Origin: Alphaproteobacteria bacterium
GTDB lineage: Bacteria > Pseudomonadota > Alphaproteobacteria > UBA8366 > CAVOAK01
DNA: 46,878 nt
Direction of reading: 5' to 3'
Assembly: GCA_963693665.1 (NCBI GenBank)
Contig: CAVOAK010000002.1
Span: 1-46,878 of the forward strand
The notes beneath the pieces were generated by a model. The model did no database searches. It was not told where the DNA came from and worked only from the letters and a program-made list of their open reading frames with translations. Of this stretch, positions 18,507 through 27,328 are shown one piece after another (positions within the stretch are counted from its first letter, which is position 1; the number at the start of each line of letters is the position of its first letter). A program made the translations under genes and the position numbers.

Positions 18507-19634
18507 CTAGCGTAAAGTATTGGCTATGGAGAATAACACATCCAGAGATGATGCGCCGAGTTTACGGCAACGCTCGGGCGACCAGCCATGAACTAGATCA
18601 GGCGTGTCTGCAGTATCTTTGAAGGGCTGTTCAAGGGTCATTGCGAGGCATCCAAATGCTTCCGCGACCCAGTTCGAGCACATTGTTAGGTTTCCACCGC
18701 CCGGCCTCGCCGGTGGATAACCGTAAACCGTCTGGAAGTCAGGGTTGATACGAGCCAGCGTGTTTCGAAAATTTTCGAAGAGCTCGGATTGCTTCTTGCT
18801 GAGCGAAGGGATCCCCAATGGGCCAGCAAGGAAATTGTATGGCAACGCCTCATCTCCGTGAACATCAAGACAGAAATCAACTCCCGTCTCGCGCATCTTC
18901 TCACGAACCAAGTATACCTCTGGGCTACGGTCCATTGATGGCTCTTGCCACTCGCGATTTAGATTAGCTCCAGCCGCATTCGTCCGCAGATTACCGCGCC
19001 AGCTGCCGTCGGGGTTCATGTTAGGTACGATATAGAACACCGCTTTGGAGATCAGCGCGCGGGCAACCGGATCGTTATCATCAGTCAGTTTATGAAGGAA
19101 CCCCTCAATCCACCACGACGCCATGGTCTCGCCGGGATGCTGGCGGGCAACGATCCAGCACTTGCGCTTTTCGGTGGTGTCCTCGCCGACAACCAGCATA
19201 TCCAAATCTTGTCTATCGATTGTTTCACCGAGGGTCACAAGGCGGACATTGTTCGAAACCTGAGCGCGCGCCAGCATGTCGGCATGACGTTCAAGTGAAT
19301 AGGGCGCGAACATCGCATAGTAGACGGAGTCATGGTCTGGTCGGTGATTTATGGTCATCACCTTCCCGTCGTAGTTCGTGTCCACACGAAACCAGTCTTC
19401 ACGATCATAAGAAGCAACTGCACGGTACTCTTTCCAGCCACTGGGATAGGAAACAGCCCCGGCATTTTCAATCTTGAGCCTGCAATCAGAGTTTCGAGCT
19501 CCGGTTAGACGGAAGTAGAACCACTGAAGGAATTCGGCATTGTTGTCCTTCACAATACGCAGACGAATGTCACTCGCTTTGCCCGATTCAAGGCATTCAA
19601 TATTTCCGCCATCGAAGTTACTGCTAACTTTCAT
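18507..19634 (-). CDS. M14-family zinc carboxypeptidase (cytosolic-carboxypeptidase-like, no signal peptide)
   Basis: The HxxE zinc motif is in ARQHPGETMASWW, with a later DVHGDE histidine. An N-terminal beta-rich domain precedes the catalytic domain. Confidence 0.85.
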   Translation of the reverse strand: MKVSSNFDGGNIECLESGKASDIRLRIVKDNNAEFLQWFYFRLTGARNSDCRLKIENAGAVSYPSGWKEYRAVASYDREDWFRVDTNYDGKVMTINHRPDHDSVYYAMFAPYSLERHADMLARAQVSNNVRLVTLGETIDRQDLDMLVVGEDTTEKRKCWIVARQHPGETMASWWIEGFLHKLTDDNDPVARALISKAVFYIVPNMNPDGSWRGNLRTNAAGANLNREWQEPSMDRSPEVYLVREKMRETGVDFCLDVHGDEALPYNFLAGPLGIPSLSKKQSELFENFRNTLARINPDFQTVYGYPPARPGGGNLTMCSNWVAEAFGCLAMTLEQPFKDTADTPDLVHGWSPERCRKLGASSLDVLFSIANTLR

Positions 19635-19656
19635 CTTCGCTTCCTAATGAGAATCC

Positions 19657-19670
19657 TGATCGCGCGATCA
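19657..19670. promoter_or_regulatory. perfect 14-bp palindrome TGATCGCGCGATCA in the divergent promoter region
   Basis: I read it directly from the sequence. It lies 23 bp upstream of the M14 start codon. Confidence 0.35.
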
Positions 19671-19818
19671 TCGCACACCAAGAAAGATTGAGTAACCGGC
19701 TAGGGTTCAAAAATCACTCCGTCGCCTGTTGCGTATCACGCAAAATCCGTCAAAGATCGCACTGCCGTCGGATACAGACTCTGTTTACAGAGCGGGAACA
19801 GGAACGGAAGCGCGAACA

Positions 19819-21066
19819 ATGACAAAATTCGATCCCACTCACCTTGCTCACAACACCCCGGGTGCGGGCGTTCGAGACAATGACTCACATGTCGACATGG
19901 TGCGTATGCGGACTTACCGGATGAACCGTGTACAGGCGCAATTGAAGTCACTCGACTACGGCGCTTGTATTCTTTTTGATCCCATCAATATTCGCTACAC
20001 GACTGGTGCGCGCAATATGATGATCTGGAAGATGCATTCGCTCGGCCGCTATGCCTTCGTACCGGCCGAAGGAAAAGCCGTCGTTTTCGATTCACCGAGT
20101 AGCCTGCACCTCAACAACGGCCTTGAAACTGTTGGAGAATCCCGACCATCAAAGGGAATGGGCTACATCTATACTGGTGATGCCCGTGAGGAAAAGACAC
20201 GAAATTGGGCCAAGGAGATGGCGGAGCTGGTGGAAGAACACTGCGGTGGTAACCGGCGGATAGCCTGCGACCGCATCGATTTTGGAGCAGCAGGCGCGCT
20301 CGCAGAACATCAAATCGATCTTTTCGACGGAACTGAACCCATGGAGCTAGCCCGATTGATCAAATCGCCAGATGAGATCGCCTGCATGAACATGGCGATT
20401 TCAGTGTGCGAAACCGGCATGGCGAATATGCGTGAAGCCCTCAAACCCGGGATGACCGAGAATGAAGTTTGGTCGATCCTCCATCAGGCAAACATCGCGA
20501 TGGGAGGTGAGTGGATTGAGACCCGGTGTCTCGCTTCAGGAGGGCGCACCAACCCCTGGCTGCAGGAATGCTCTGATCGTGTGATCCGGGCCGGCGAAAT
20601 GCTGGCATTCGACACTGATCTCATCGGCCCGCACGGATATATGGCCGACATCTCACGGACATACTATTGCGGCTTCAACAAGCCCTCGGACGAGCAACGA
20701 CGACTTTACAGTTTGTCTTACGAGCAACTGGAGCACGATATTGCACTCCTAGAGCCAGGCATGAGCTTCCGTGAATATGGCGAGAAGGCATGGCCGATCC
20801 CCGGCGAATTCGTTGCCCAGCGCTACGGTTGCGTCGCACATGGTGTCGGTATGTGCGATGAGTACCCTGTGATCGGCTACCCGACGGGGCCAGGAATTGC
20901 CAGCGTCACCGGCGAATTCGAGCCAAACATGACGGTCTGCGTCGAAAGCTACGTCGGGGCCGTTGGTGGCGCTGAGGGCGTCAAGCTCGAACAGCAAGTA
21001 CTGATCACAGAGGAAGGAACGCACGTCCTTTCCACCTTCCCATTTGAGGATACATTGTTGAACTGA
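19819..21066 (+). CDS. M24-family metallopeptidase-fold protein, DddP-like
   Basis: The pita-bread metal ligands are in context (FDTDLIGPHGYMADISR, HGVGMCDEYP, CVESY, KLEQQVLITE). GGEWIETRCLASGGRTNPWLQEC closely resembles my recollection of the DMSP lyase DddP. The start is trimmed from the TTG at 19729 to the ATG at 19819. Confidence 0.8.
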   Translation: MTKFDPTHLAHNTPGAGVRDNDSHVDMVRMRTYRMNRVQAQLKSLDYGACILFDPINIRYTTGARNMMIWKMHSLGRYAFVPAEGKAVVFDSPSSLHLNNGLETVGESRPSKGMGYIYTGDAREEKTRNWAKEMAELVEEHCGGNRRIACDRIDFGAAGALAEHQIDLFDGTEPMELARLIKSPDEIACMNMAISVCETGMANMREALKPGMTENEVWSILHQANIAMGGEWIETRCLASGGRTNPWLQECSDRVIRAGEMLAFDTDLIGPHGYMADISRTYYCGFNKPSDEQRRLYSLSYEQLEHDIALLEPGMSFREYGEKAWPIPGEFVAQRYGCVAHGVGMCDEYPVIGYPTGPGIASVTGEFEPNMTVCVESYVGAVGGAEGVKLEQQVLITEEGTHVLSTFPFEDTLLN

Positions 21067-21090
21067 GCAAGGTGGCGGTGCATTGATGAA

Positions 21091-22359
21091 TTGGATTGTC
21101 CTTTGAGCAAACAAGACTCTGGCCGCGGATCGGCGGTTGTCATCGGTGCGGGAATCGTGGGCATCGCAACCGGCCTCTACCTTCAACGCGACGGCTGGCA
21201 AGTCACAATCGTCGACTCCAAAGGCCCCGGAGAGGGCACATCAAGAGGCAACGCCGGGCTGTTCGCAATTGGTCACGTCATTCCCGATGCCATGCCTGGC
21301 CTTCCGGCAAAAGTTCCCGCAATGCTATTCGATCGCGAGTCGCCGCTGTCAATTCGCTGGCGCTATCTGCCTCGTCTCTTTCCCTGGCTTGCCAAATGCC
21401 TCAGCGCCTGCACCACGGAACGAGCAACACGCAGCACGCAGGCACTGACCGGCCTCCTTGGTGACGCCATGGCTTCCTACGAACCGCTTTTTCAGAGCGC
21501 TGGCGCGAGTGGCCTCATTCGGAACAAGGGCGTCCTCTACGTCTACAGGAATTCCAGATCCTTCGCTGCTGCCGGGTTGGAGATTGAGCTCAAACGCGCG
21601 CACGGAATTCGCATGGAAATTTTGGACGCGAATGGCATACGCGAGCTTGCACCGGCGTTGGCGCCGGTCCACAGCCACGGCGTGTTCTACCCGGACTATG
21701 CCCATACGGTCGATCCATTTGTCCTCTCCCAAACCCTGGGCGCGAGACTGGCGCAAGCTGGTGCCAAGTTCGTCAGGACCAATGCTACCGGCTTTTCATT
21801 CGAAGGCGACCTCGTCTCCGGGGTCCAGTCCGCCGACAGTACTCACAAGGCAGATATTGTCGTCGTCGCTGCCGGTGCCTATTCCCGACCACTCGCAGCG
21901 GCATTGGGTGCTCGCCTACCACTCGATACGGAACGCGGTTATCACGTCACGTTCGCCGATCCAGGAGTCGCTCTCGACTTCCCGATATTGGTAGCGGACG
22001 AGCACTTTCTCATGACACCGATGGCACCGGGCCTTCGAAGCGGCGGGCTCGTCGAGTTTGCAGGATTGGAGGCGCCACCGAACCCGGCGCTTCACGCCAT
22101 GCTCGCCCGCCAAACCAAACGGATTCTACCTAGTTTAAATACTGAGAATACGTCCAACTGGATGGGCTATCGGCCGGCCATGCCGGATTCGCTTCCGGTT
22201 ATTGGTCGCACACCTAAACATCGCAATGCTTTCCTTGCATTCGGCCATGGGCATATCGGCTTGACCTCCGCCGCAGCGACGGGGCATGCGATTGCCGATC
22301 TGGCCGTTGACCGATCACCACAATTCGACCTAAGTCCGTTTCGTGCGGATCGGTTCTGA
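21091..22359 (+). CDS. FAD-dependent oxidoreductase (DAO / D-amino-acid dehydrogenase-like)
   Basis: The dinucleotide fold is VVIGAGIVGIATGLYLQRDGWQVTIVD and the DAO-family length fits. The start is uncertain (TTG at 21091 or 21103). Confidence 0.85.
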   Translation: MDCPLSKQDSGRGSAVVIGAGIVGIATGLYLQRDGWQVTIVDSKGPGEGTSRGNAGLFAIGHVIPDAMPGLPAKVPAMLFDRESPLSIRWRYLPRLFPWLAKCLSACTTERATRSTQALTGLLGDAMASYEPLFQSAGASGLIRNKGVLYVYRNSRSFAAAGLEIELKRAHGIRMEILDANGIRELAPALAPVHSHGVFYPDYAHTVDPFVLSQTLGARLAQAGAKFVRTNATGFSFEGDLVSGVQSADSTHKADIVVVAAGAYSRPLAAALGARLPLDTERGYHVTFADPGVALDFPILVADEHFLMTPMAPGLRSGGLVEFAGLEAPPNPALHAMLARQTKRILPSLNTENTSNWMGYRPAMPDSLPVIGRTPKHRNAFLAFGHGHIGLTSAAATGHAIADLAVDRSPQFDLSPFRADRF

Positions 22360-22360
22360 A

Positions 22361-24442
22361 ATGAACCCTAGTGGCCGGCGGGTTGCCGCTGACATTGGCG
22401 GCACTTTCACAGATATCGCCTTTCTGACTGACGACGGGCGACTTATGACGCGAAAGGTCTCGTCGACCCCTGAGGACTATGCCAACGCTGTTGTTGACGG
22501 CATCACGGGCCTCATCGACGAATCCCCGGACCAACTAGCCAATGTCGCAGACGTACTACACGGCTCGACGATAGCAACCAACGCGATTATTGAGCGCAAG
22601 GGTGCGCGAACGGCATTACTCACGACAAAGGGCTTCCGTGACGTCCTGGAGTTAAGACGCATACGCGTTCCCACGCTTTACGACCCCATGTACGTAAAGC
22701 CAACACCCCTTGTACCACGCAACCTACGCTTCGAGATCAACGAACGAGTGGACGCTAACGGCAACGTAATAACACTACTCGATCCATCGGAGATTGACCG
22801 ACTTATCCCGCGAATTGAGGCATCGGAGGTCGAAGCAATAGCGGTTTGCTTTCTTCACTCCTATGCCAATCCAGCACATGAAAGACTCGTTGGAAACATC
22901 CTACAAAAAGCGTTTCCGGCAATATTTGTCTCATTGTCAGTCGATGTTCTCCCCCAGATACGCGAATACGAACGAACCAGCACAACCGTCGTAAACAGCT
23001 ACGTAGGGCCACCGGTCAAACGATACCTGACGGAAATGGCAAATCGCCTCCATAGCGCTGGCACAACGGGCCGGCTCATGGTCATGCAGTCCAGTGGCGG
23101 TGTGATCGACGCGAAGACGGCGATGGATACACCGGCACAGATTATTGAATGTGGTCCCGCAGCGGGCGTTGTTGGCGCCATGCGAGCTGGTGCCGAGGCA
23201 GGGTACGAAAACCTCATCACGTTCGATATGGGAGGAACAACGGCGAAGGCCTCATTGATCGAAAATGGCCGCCTCACGAGATCGGACGAGTATGAAGTCG
23301 GCGGATCAATGTCGTCCGGCAGCTCACTCGTCTCAGGCGGTGGCTATGCACTCAAGCTACCGGTTATCGATATTGCTGAGGTCGGCGCGGGCGGTGGAAG
23401 TATTGTGTGGCTTGATGCAGCTGGAGCAATCAAGGTTGGACCGCAAAGCGCTGGAGCCTCTCCAGGGCCCGCCTGCTACGGCGCAGGCAGCGAACCCACG
23501 GTAACCGATGCAAACGTCATACTTGGGTTTCTTAACCCCCTTGCATTGGCTGATGGCGCCTTGCCAATACAAATGGCTCTCTCGTATGCTTCAATTGATA
23601 AAAGAATTGCGCAACCTCTTGGACGTTCCGTTATTGAAGCCGCATACGGCATCCACATGGTGGCGAACGCTAACATGACGCGCGCCGTAAAGGCTGTCAC
23701 GACCTACCGCGGCCGCGATCCACGCGATTTCACGCTCTTCGCTTTCGGTGGAAACGGTGGCGTCCACGCCGCAGACCTTGCGAGAGAGTTGCGTATCGGC
23801 CGTGTCATTGTCCCGCCAGCCGCGGGCGTCTTCAGCGCCGTTGGCCTACTCAAGGCCGATATGCAAACTGGATTAACGCGCGCCTTCATGTATCCCCTGG
23901 CAGATATGCCATTCGATCTTGCGGAGGAGATATTTGCAGAACTTGAAACGCGCGTCAGCACTAGGCTCGGACAAAATCAAGGGACGGCGAAGCTCCAAAG
24001 GTTCGCGGATGTCAGATATGCTGGTCAGGCCTTCGAACTAACCGTTGAACTTTCCGCTGGGCATATTAACAAAGCGACAACCCTCGATATCAGCCGTCGC
24101 TTCGATGAAGAGCATAAGCGCCGATACGGTCATGTATTTTCTGGGGATTACCCGCTGGAAACAGTCAATCTTGGTGTTACGGGCAGCATTGCCACCCTAC
24201 CGATGGCAGCGACCTATTTATCGGCAACCAACAACGACGGTCACCACCGTGAAGTTTTTTTCGGCCCTAAGTTCGGTACGTCAACGACATCCATAATTCA
24301 ACGCAGTGCATTAACTGAGAATCCGCTTAGTGGCCCTCTTATTGTTGAAGAGTATGAGGGCACCACAATTGTTCCACCCGATTGCCGCGCAAGGGTCGAT
24401 GCAATGGGCAATATTATTATCGATTTGGGGACAACCCAATGA
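22361..24442 (+). CDS. hyuA: hydantoinase/oxoprolinase family protein, A (HyuA-type) subunit
   Basis: The N-terminal ADIGGTFTD motif is present and the length is about 690 aa. The ATG at 22361 lies 1 nt after the upstream stop. Confidence 0.9.
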   Translation: MNPSGRRVAADIGGTFTDIAFLTDDGRLMTRKVSSTPEDYANAVVDGITGLIDESPDQLANVADVLHGSTIATNAIIERKGARTALLTTKGFRDVLELRRIRVPTLYDPMYVKPTPLVPRNLRFEINERVDANGNVITLLDPSEIDRLIPRIEASEVEAIAVCFLHSYANPAHERLVGNILQKAFPAIFVSLSVDVLPQIREYERTSTTVVNSYVGPPVKRYLTEMANRLHSAGTTGRLMVMQSSGGVIDAKTAMDTPAQIIECGPAAGVVGAMRAGAEAGYENLITFDMGGTTAKASLIENGRLTRSDEYEVGGSMSSGSSLVSGGGYALKLPVIDIAEVGAGGGSIVWLDAAGAIKVGPQSAGASPGPACYGAGSEPTVTDANVILGFLNPLALADGALPIQMALSYASIDKRIAQPLGRSVIEAAYGIHMVANANMTRAVKAVTTYRGRDPRDFTLFAFGGNGGVHAADLARELRIGRVIVPPAAGVFSAVGLLKADMQTGLTRAFMYPLADMPFDLAEEIFAELETRVSTRLGQNQGTAKLQRFADVRYAGQAFELTVELSAGHINKATTLDISRRFDEEHKRRYGHVFSGDYPLETVNLGVTGSIATLPMAATYLSATNNDGHHREVFFGPKFGTSTTSIIQRSALTENPLSGPLIVEEYEGTTIVPPDCRARVDAMGNIIIDLGTTQ

Positions 24443-26202
24443 CTGCCGCCCCTCAGACAGACGTCGAGCTGGATCCATTTCTGCTTGAGATCATTCGCAG
24501 CGGATTCGATGCAATTGCTGACGACATGGCGCTGACGCTTATGCGCACGTCCTATTCGGGCATTATCCGTGATTCGATGGATTTCTCGACGGCAGTCTGC
24601 GATGCGATAGGCCAGACTTGGGCACAGGGTCTAACCACGCCAATGCATCTCGGTAGCTTCTACGACGCCATGCAAACTCTTACAGCTCAGTACGAAGACG
24701 ACATCCATGAAGGCGATATATTCATTGCCAATGATCCCTACTTGGCAGCTGGACAACACCTTCCGGATATCTACATCATCCAACCGGTATTCGTAGAGGC
24801 GCAAGTCGCCGCATGGGCAACGACCGTGGCCCATCATTCCGACGTCGGTGGCATCGTCGCCGGCAGCAATGCGATCGGTGCAACGGAAATCCATCAGGAA
24901 GGTCTGCGACTACCGTTTCTGAAGTTCGTCGAGCGCGGCACGCCGGTGCAGCCGGTGTGGGACATCATTGCGGCCAACGTCCGCACGCCTGACAAAGTTA
25001 TTGGTGATCTACAGGCGCAAATGGCTGCCTGTGCGACAGCGGAACGCGAACTAAAGCTCTTGTTTGAGCGCTATGGTGCGGACACGGTCAGTAAATATGG
25101 CGCTGGCCTGCAAGACTACGCGGAACGTTTGGCACGCACTGAACTCAGCAAGATACCGGACGGTACATATCGCTTCGTGGACCACATCGATGGTATCGGC
25201 GAGAATCCCATTGCCATCGTCTTGCAGGCAGCGGTGACCGTTGCTGGTGATGGCGTCACCGTTGATTGGACAGGCTCATCGCCACAGGTGGAAGGCGGCA
25301 TCAATTCCCCTCTACCCTTCACAAAGGCCTGCGCCTTTACTGCGCTGCGGTCGATCTTTCGCGTTGATGTCCCAAACTGCCACGGCTACACCCGTGCGAT
25401 AGAGATCGTCGCGCCGATCGGCAGTATTACAAACCCTCGATCGCCTGGCCCGTGCGGAGCGCGCGGCATAACCGGTTACCGGATGATCGATTGCCTGTTT
25501 GGCGCTCTCGCGGAGGCAGTACCGGAACGGGTAACCGCGGACGGCAGCGGCGGATCGACGCTGCCGACAATTTCTGGATTTTGGAATGACAAACCCTTCG
25601 TCTTTTGCGAGACGTTCATGGGCACCTGGGGTGGAGCGGCGAGCCACGACGGACAGGAAGGCGTGCCGCATATGGGGGCCAACCAATCGAATGTGCCGGT
25701 TGAGATGATTGAGGCGGAGTATCCACTGCGAATCGAACAATATGGTTTTGTTGCAAACACCGGTGGATCCGGGCGATTTCGTGGCGGCCTATCCCTGATC
25801 CGCGAGTATCGCGTACTCAGCGAACATGCGACCCTAAACGTGCGCTCCGATAAACGGGCCTATCCACCACACGGATTGTTTGGCGGAAAAGAAGGCGCTC
25901 CCTCAACAAATATCCTGAATCCTGACGGCGAAAATCGTCTCTTGCCCGTCCTCCTTTCAACGCCAATTGCGATGAAAGAAAATGATGTCTTTCGACACAT
26001 CATGGCAGGCGGTGGTGGATATGGAAATCCCTTAGAGCGAGCACCTGAACAAGTGCTAGCCGACGTGATCGCTGAAAAAGAGACATCTTCACATGCGGCT
26101 GAAGCCTATGGTGTTGTCATCACGACAACTAACTCCCCGGCAGTCGACGAAGACGCAACGCGCATTCTCCGAGATCAAATGCGTGCTGCAACTGCCGATT
26201 AA
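24439..26202 (+). CDS. hyuB: hydantoinase B/oxoprolinase family protein (HyuB-type subunit)
   Basis: The N-terminal DPFLLEIIRSGFDAIADDM pattern is present. An ATGA start/stop overlap with hyuA suggests translational coupling. Confidence 0.9.
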   Translation: MTAAPQTDVELDPFLLEIIRSGFDAIADDMALTLMRTSYSGIIRDSMDFSTAVCDAIGQTWAQGLTTPMHLGSFYDAMQTLTAQYEDDIHEGDIFIANDPYLAAGQHLPDIYIIQPVFVEAQVAAWATTVAHHSDVGGIVAGSNAIGATEIHQEGLRLPFLKFVERGTPVQPVWDIIAANVRTPDKVIGDLQAQMAACATAERELKLLFERYGADTVSKYGAGLQDYAERLARTELSKIPDGTYRFVDHIDGIGENPIAIVLQAAVTVAGDGVTVDWTGSSPQVEGGINSPLPFTKACAFTALRSIFRVDVPNCHGYTRAIEIVAPIGSITNPRSPGPCGARGITGYRMIDCLFGALAEAVPERVTADGSGGSTLPTISGFWNDKPFVFCETFMGTWGGAASHDGQEGVPHMGANQSNVPVEMIEAEYPLRIEQYGFVANTGGSGRFRGGLSLIREYRVLSEHATLNVRSDKRAYPPHGLFGGKEGAPSTNILNPDGENRLLPVLLSTPIAMKENDVFRHIMAGGGGYGNPLERAPEQVLADVIAEKETSSHAAEAYGVVITTTNSPAVDEDATRILRDQMRAATAD

Positions 26203-27191
26203 ACGCTGATCGCTATGGCCTCGCCATCACGCCCGGCAGACTCAGTGATCGCCTCCAACACGGCGATTCCGTGAACGACGTCATCAAGCGGAACCGGATA
26301 ACTAGATTTTCCGGCCACAGCGTCTGCGAAGGCTTCGAGCTCGGCTCGCTCCATGTCGATGGGCTCGAACGAACGAGCCTCGACATCCGCGCCGACAAAG
26401 CACACATCCAATAATTCGTGGTCCCGCATATGCACCCAGCCTTTCGTGCCGAGCACGTAGAGGCTCCAATTGCGCGCGGTTGTGGTCATTGTGCCGAGAT
26501 ATCCCGAAATGCCACTCGTAAACCGCAACAGCATCGATGTCGTATCATCCATCGGCACTTTCAGAACCTGACGCAGGCTTACCGCCTGGACACGTGCAAG
26601 ATGACCACACAGGTACATGAGCGTATCAAGCATATGAATGCCGCCTGCCGTCATACCGCCGGCCGGGCTCTCCGTATCGTTGGCACGCCAATCTTGCTCG
26701 GGATAGTCAAACCCATATCGGTTTGAGAAATTTCCCTCAACGTGGAGGATGGTGCCAAGCGAGCCATCATCCACCATCGATTTTAGAGACAATACAGCCG
26801 GCAAAAACCGCCTGTTGTGGCCAAGTGCCAAGACGACGCCCACCTTTTCACACGCTTGCCGAACTCTCTTGGCGCCGACTGTCGTTAACGCAAGCGGCTT
26901 TTCGACAAAAACATGCTTGTCCGCCATCGCAGCCTGAATGACCTGCGCTTCATGGAGACCATGTGGAGTCGCCAATGCCACCGCATCGATTTCTGGATCG
27001 GCCAGCATAGCAGCGTAATCGTCGGTTAGCGCCAAACCCTGTGTCGCCGCATAGTCAGTGGATTTCGCCATGCTGCGCACAACACCGGTTGTAAATCGGA
27101 TCTTGTTCCCCTTTGGCATACCCTCGGCCTGCACCGCGTTGACGAGTTCTTGCCCCCACCAACCAAGGCCAACTATGGCTGTATTCAGCAC
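26199..27191 (-). CDS. Gfo/Idh/MocA-family NAD(P)-dependent oxidoreductase
   Basis: The N-terminal Rossmann sequence is AIVGLGWWGQ and the EKP motif is in VFVEKPLA. Its stop codon overlaps the hyuB stop convergently (TTAA). Confidence 0.9.
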   Translation of the reverse strand: MLNTAIVGLGWWGQELVNAVQAEGMPKGNKIRFTTGVVRSMAKSTDYAATQGLALTDDYAAMLADPEIDAVALATPHGLHEAQVIQAAMADKHVFVEKPLALTTVGAKRVRQACEKVGVVLALGHNRRFLPAVLSLKSMVDDGSLGTILHVEGNFSNRYGFDYPEQDWRANDTESPAGGMTAGGIHMLDTLMYLCGHLARVQAVSLRQVLKVPMDDTTSMLLRFTSGISGYLGTMTTTARNWSLYVLGTKGWVHMRDHELLDVCFVGADVEARSFEPIDMERAELEAFADAVAGKSSYPVPLDDVVHGIAVLEAITESAGRDGEAIAISV

Positions 27192-27328
27192 GGCATCCCC
27201 CTAAGGCAAAATTTGCGACACAGATTGAATTATCTCTACCGGACCGAGCGGCGATCTACAAACTTCACGGCAAACAATCTATCCTACATCGGCAATTCTA
27301 TAAAACTTCATTGGAACGAGGCGGATAA

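Noticed and set aside
26199-26202. Convergent hyuB and Gfo/Idh/MocA genes overlap at their stop codons (TTAA) with no terminator between them.
   Set aside because: The observation is real, but it is a common compaction feature. I attach no functional significance to it.
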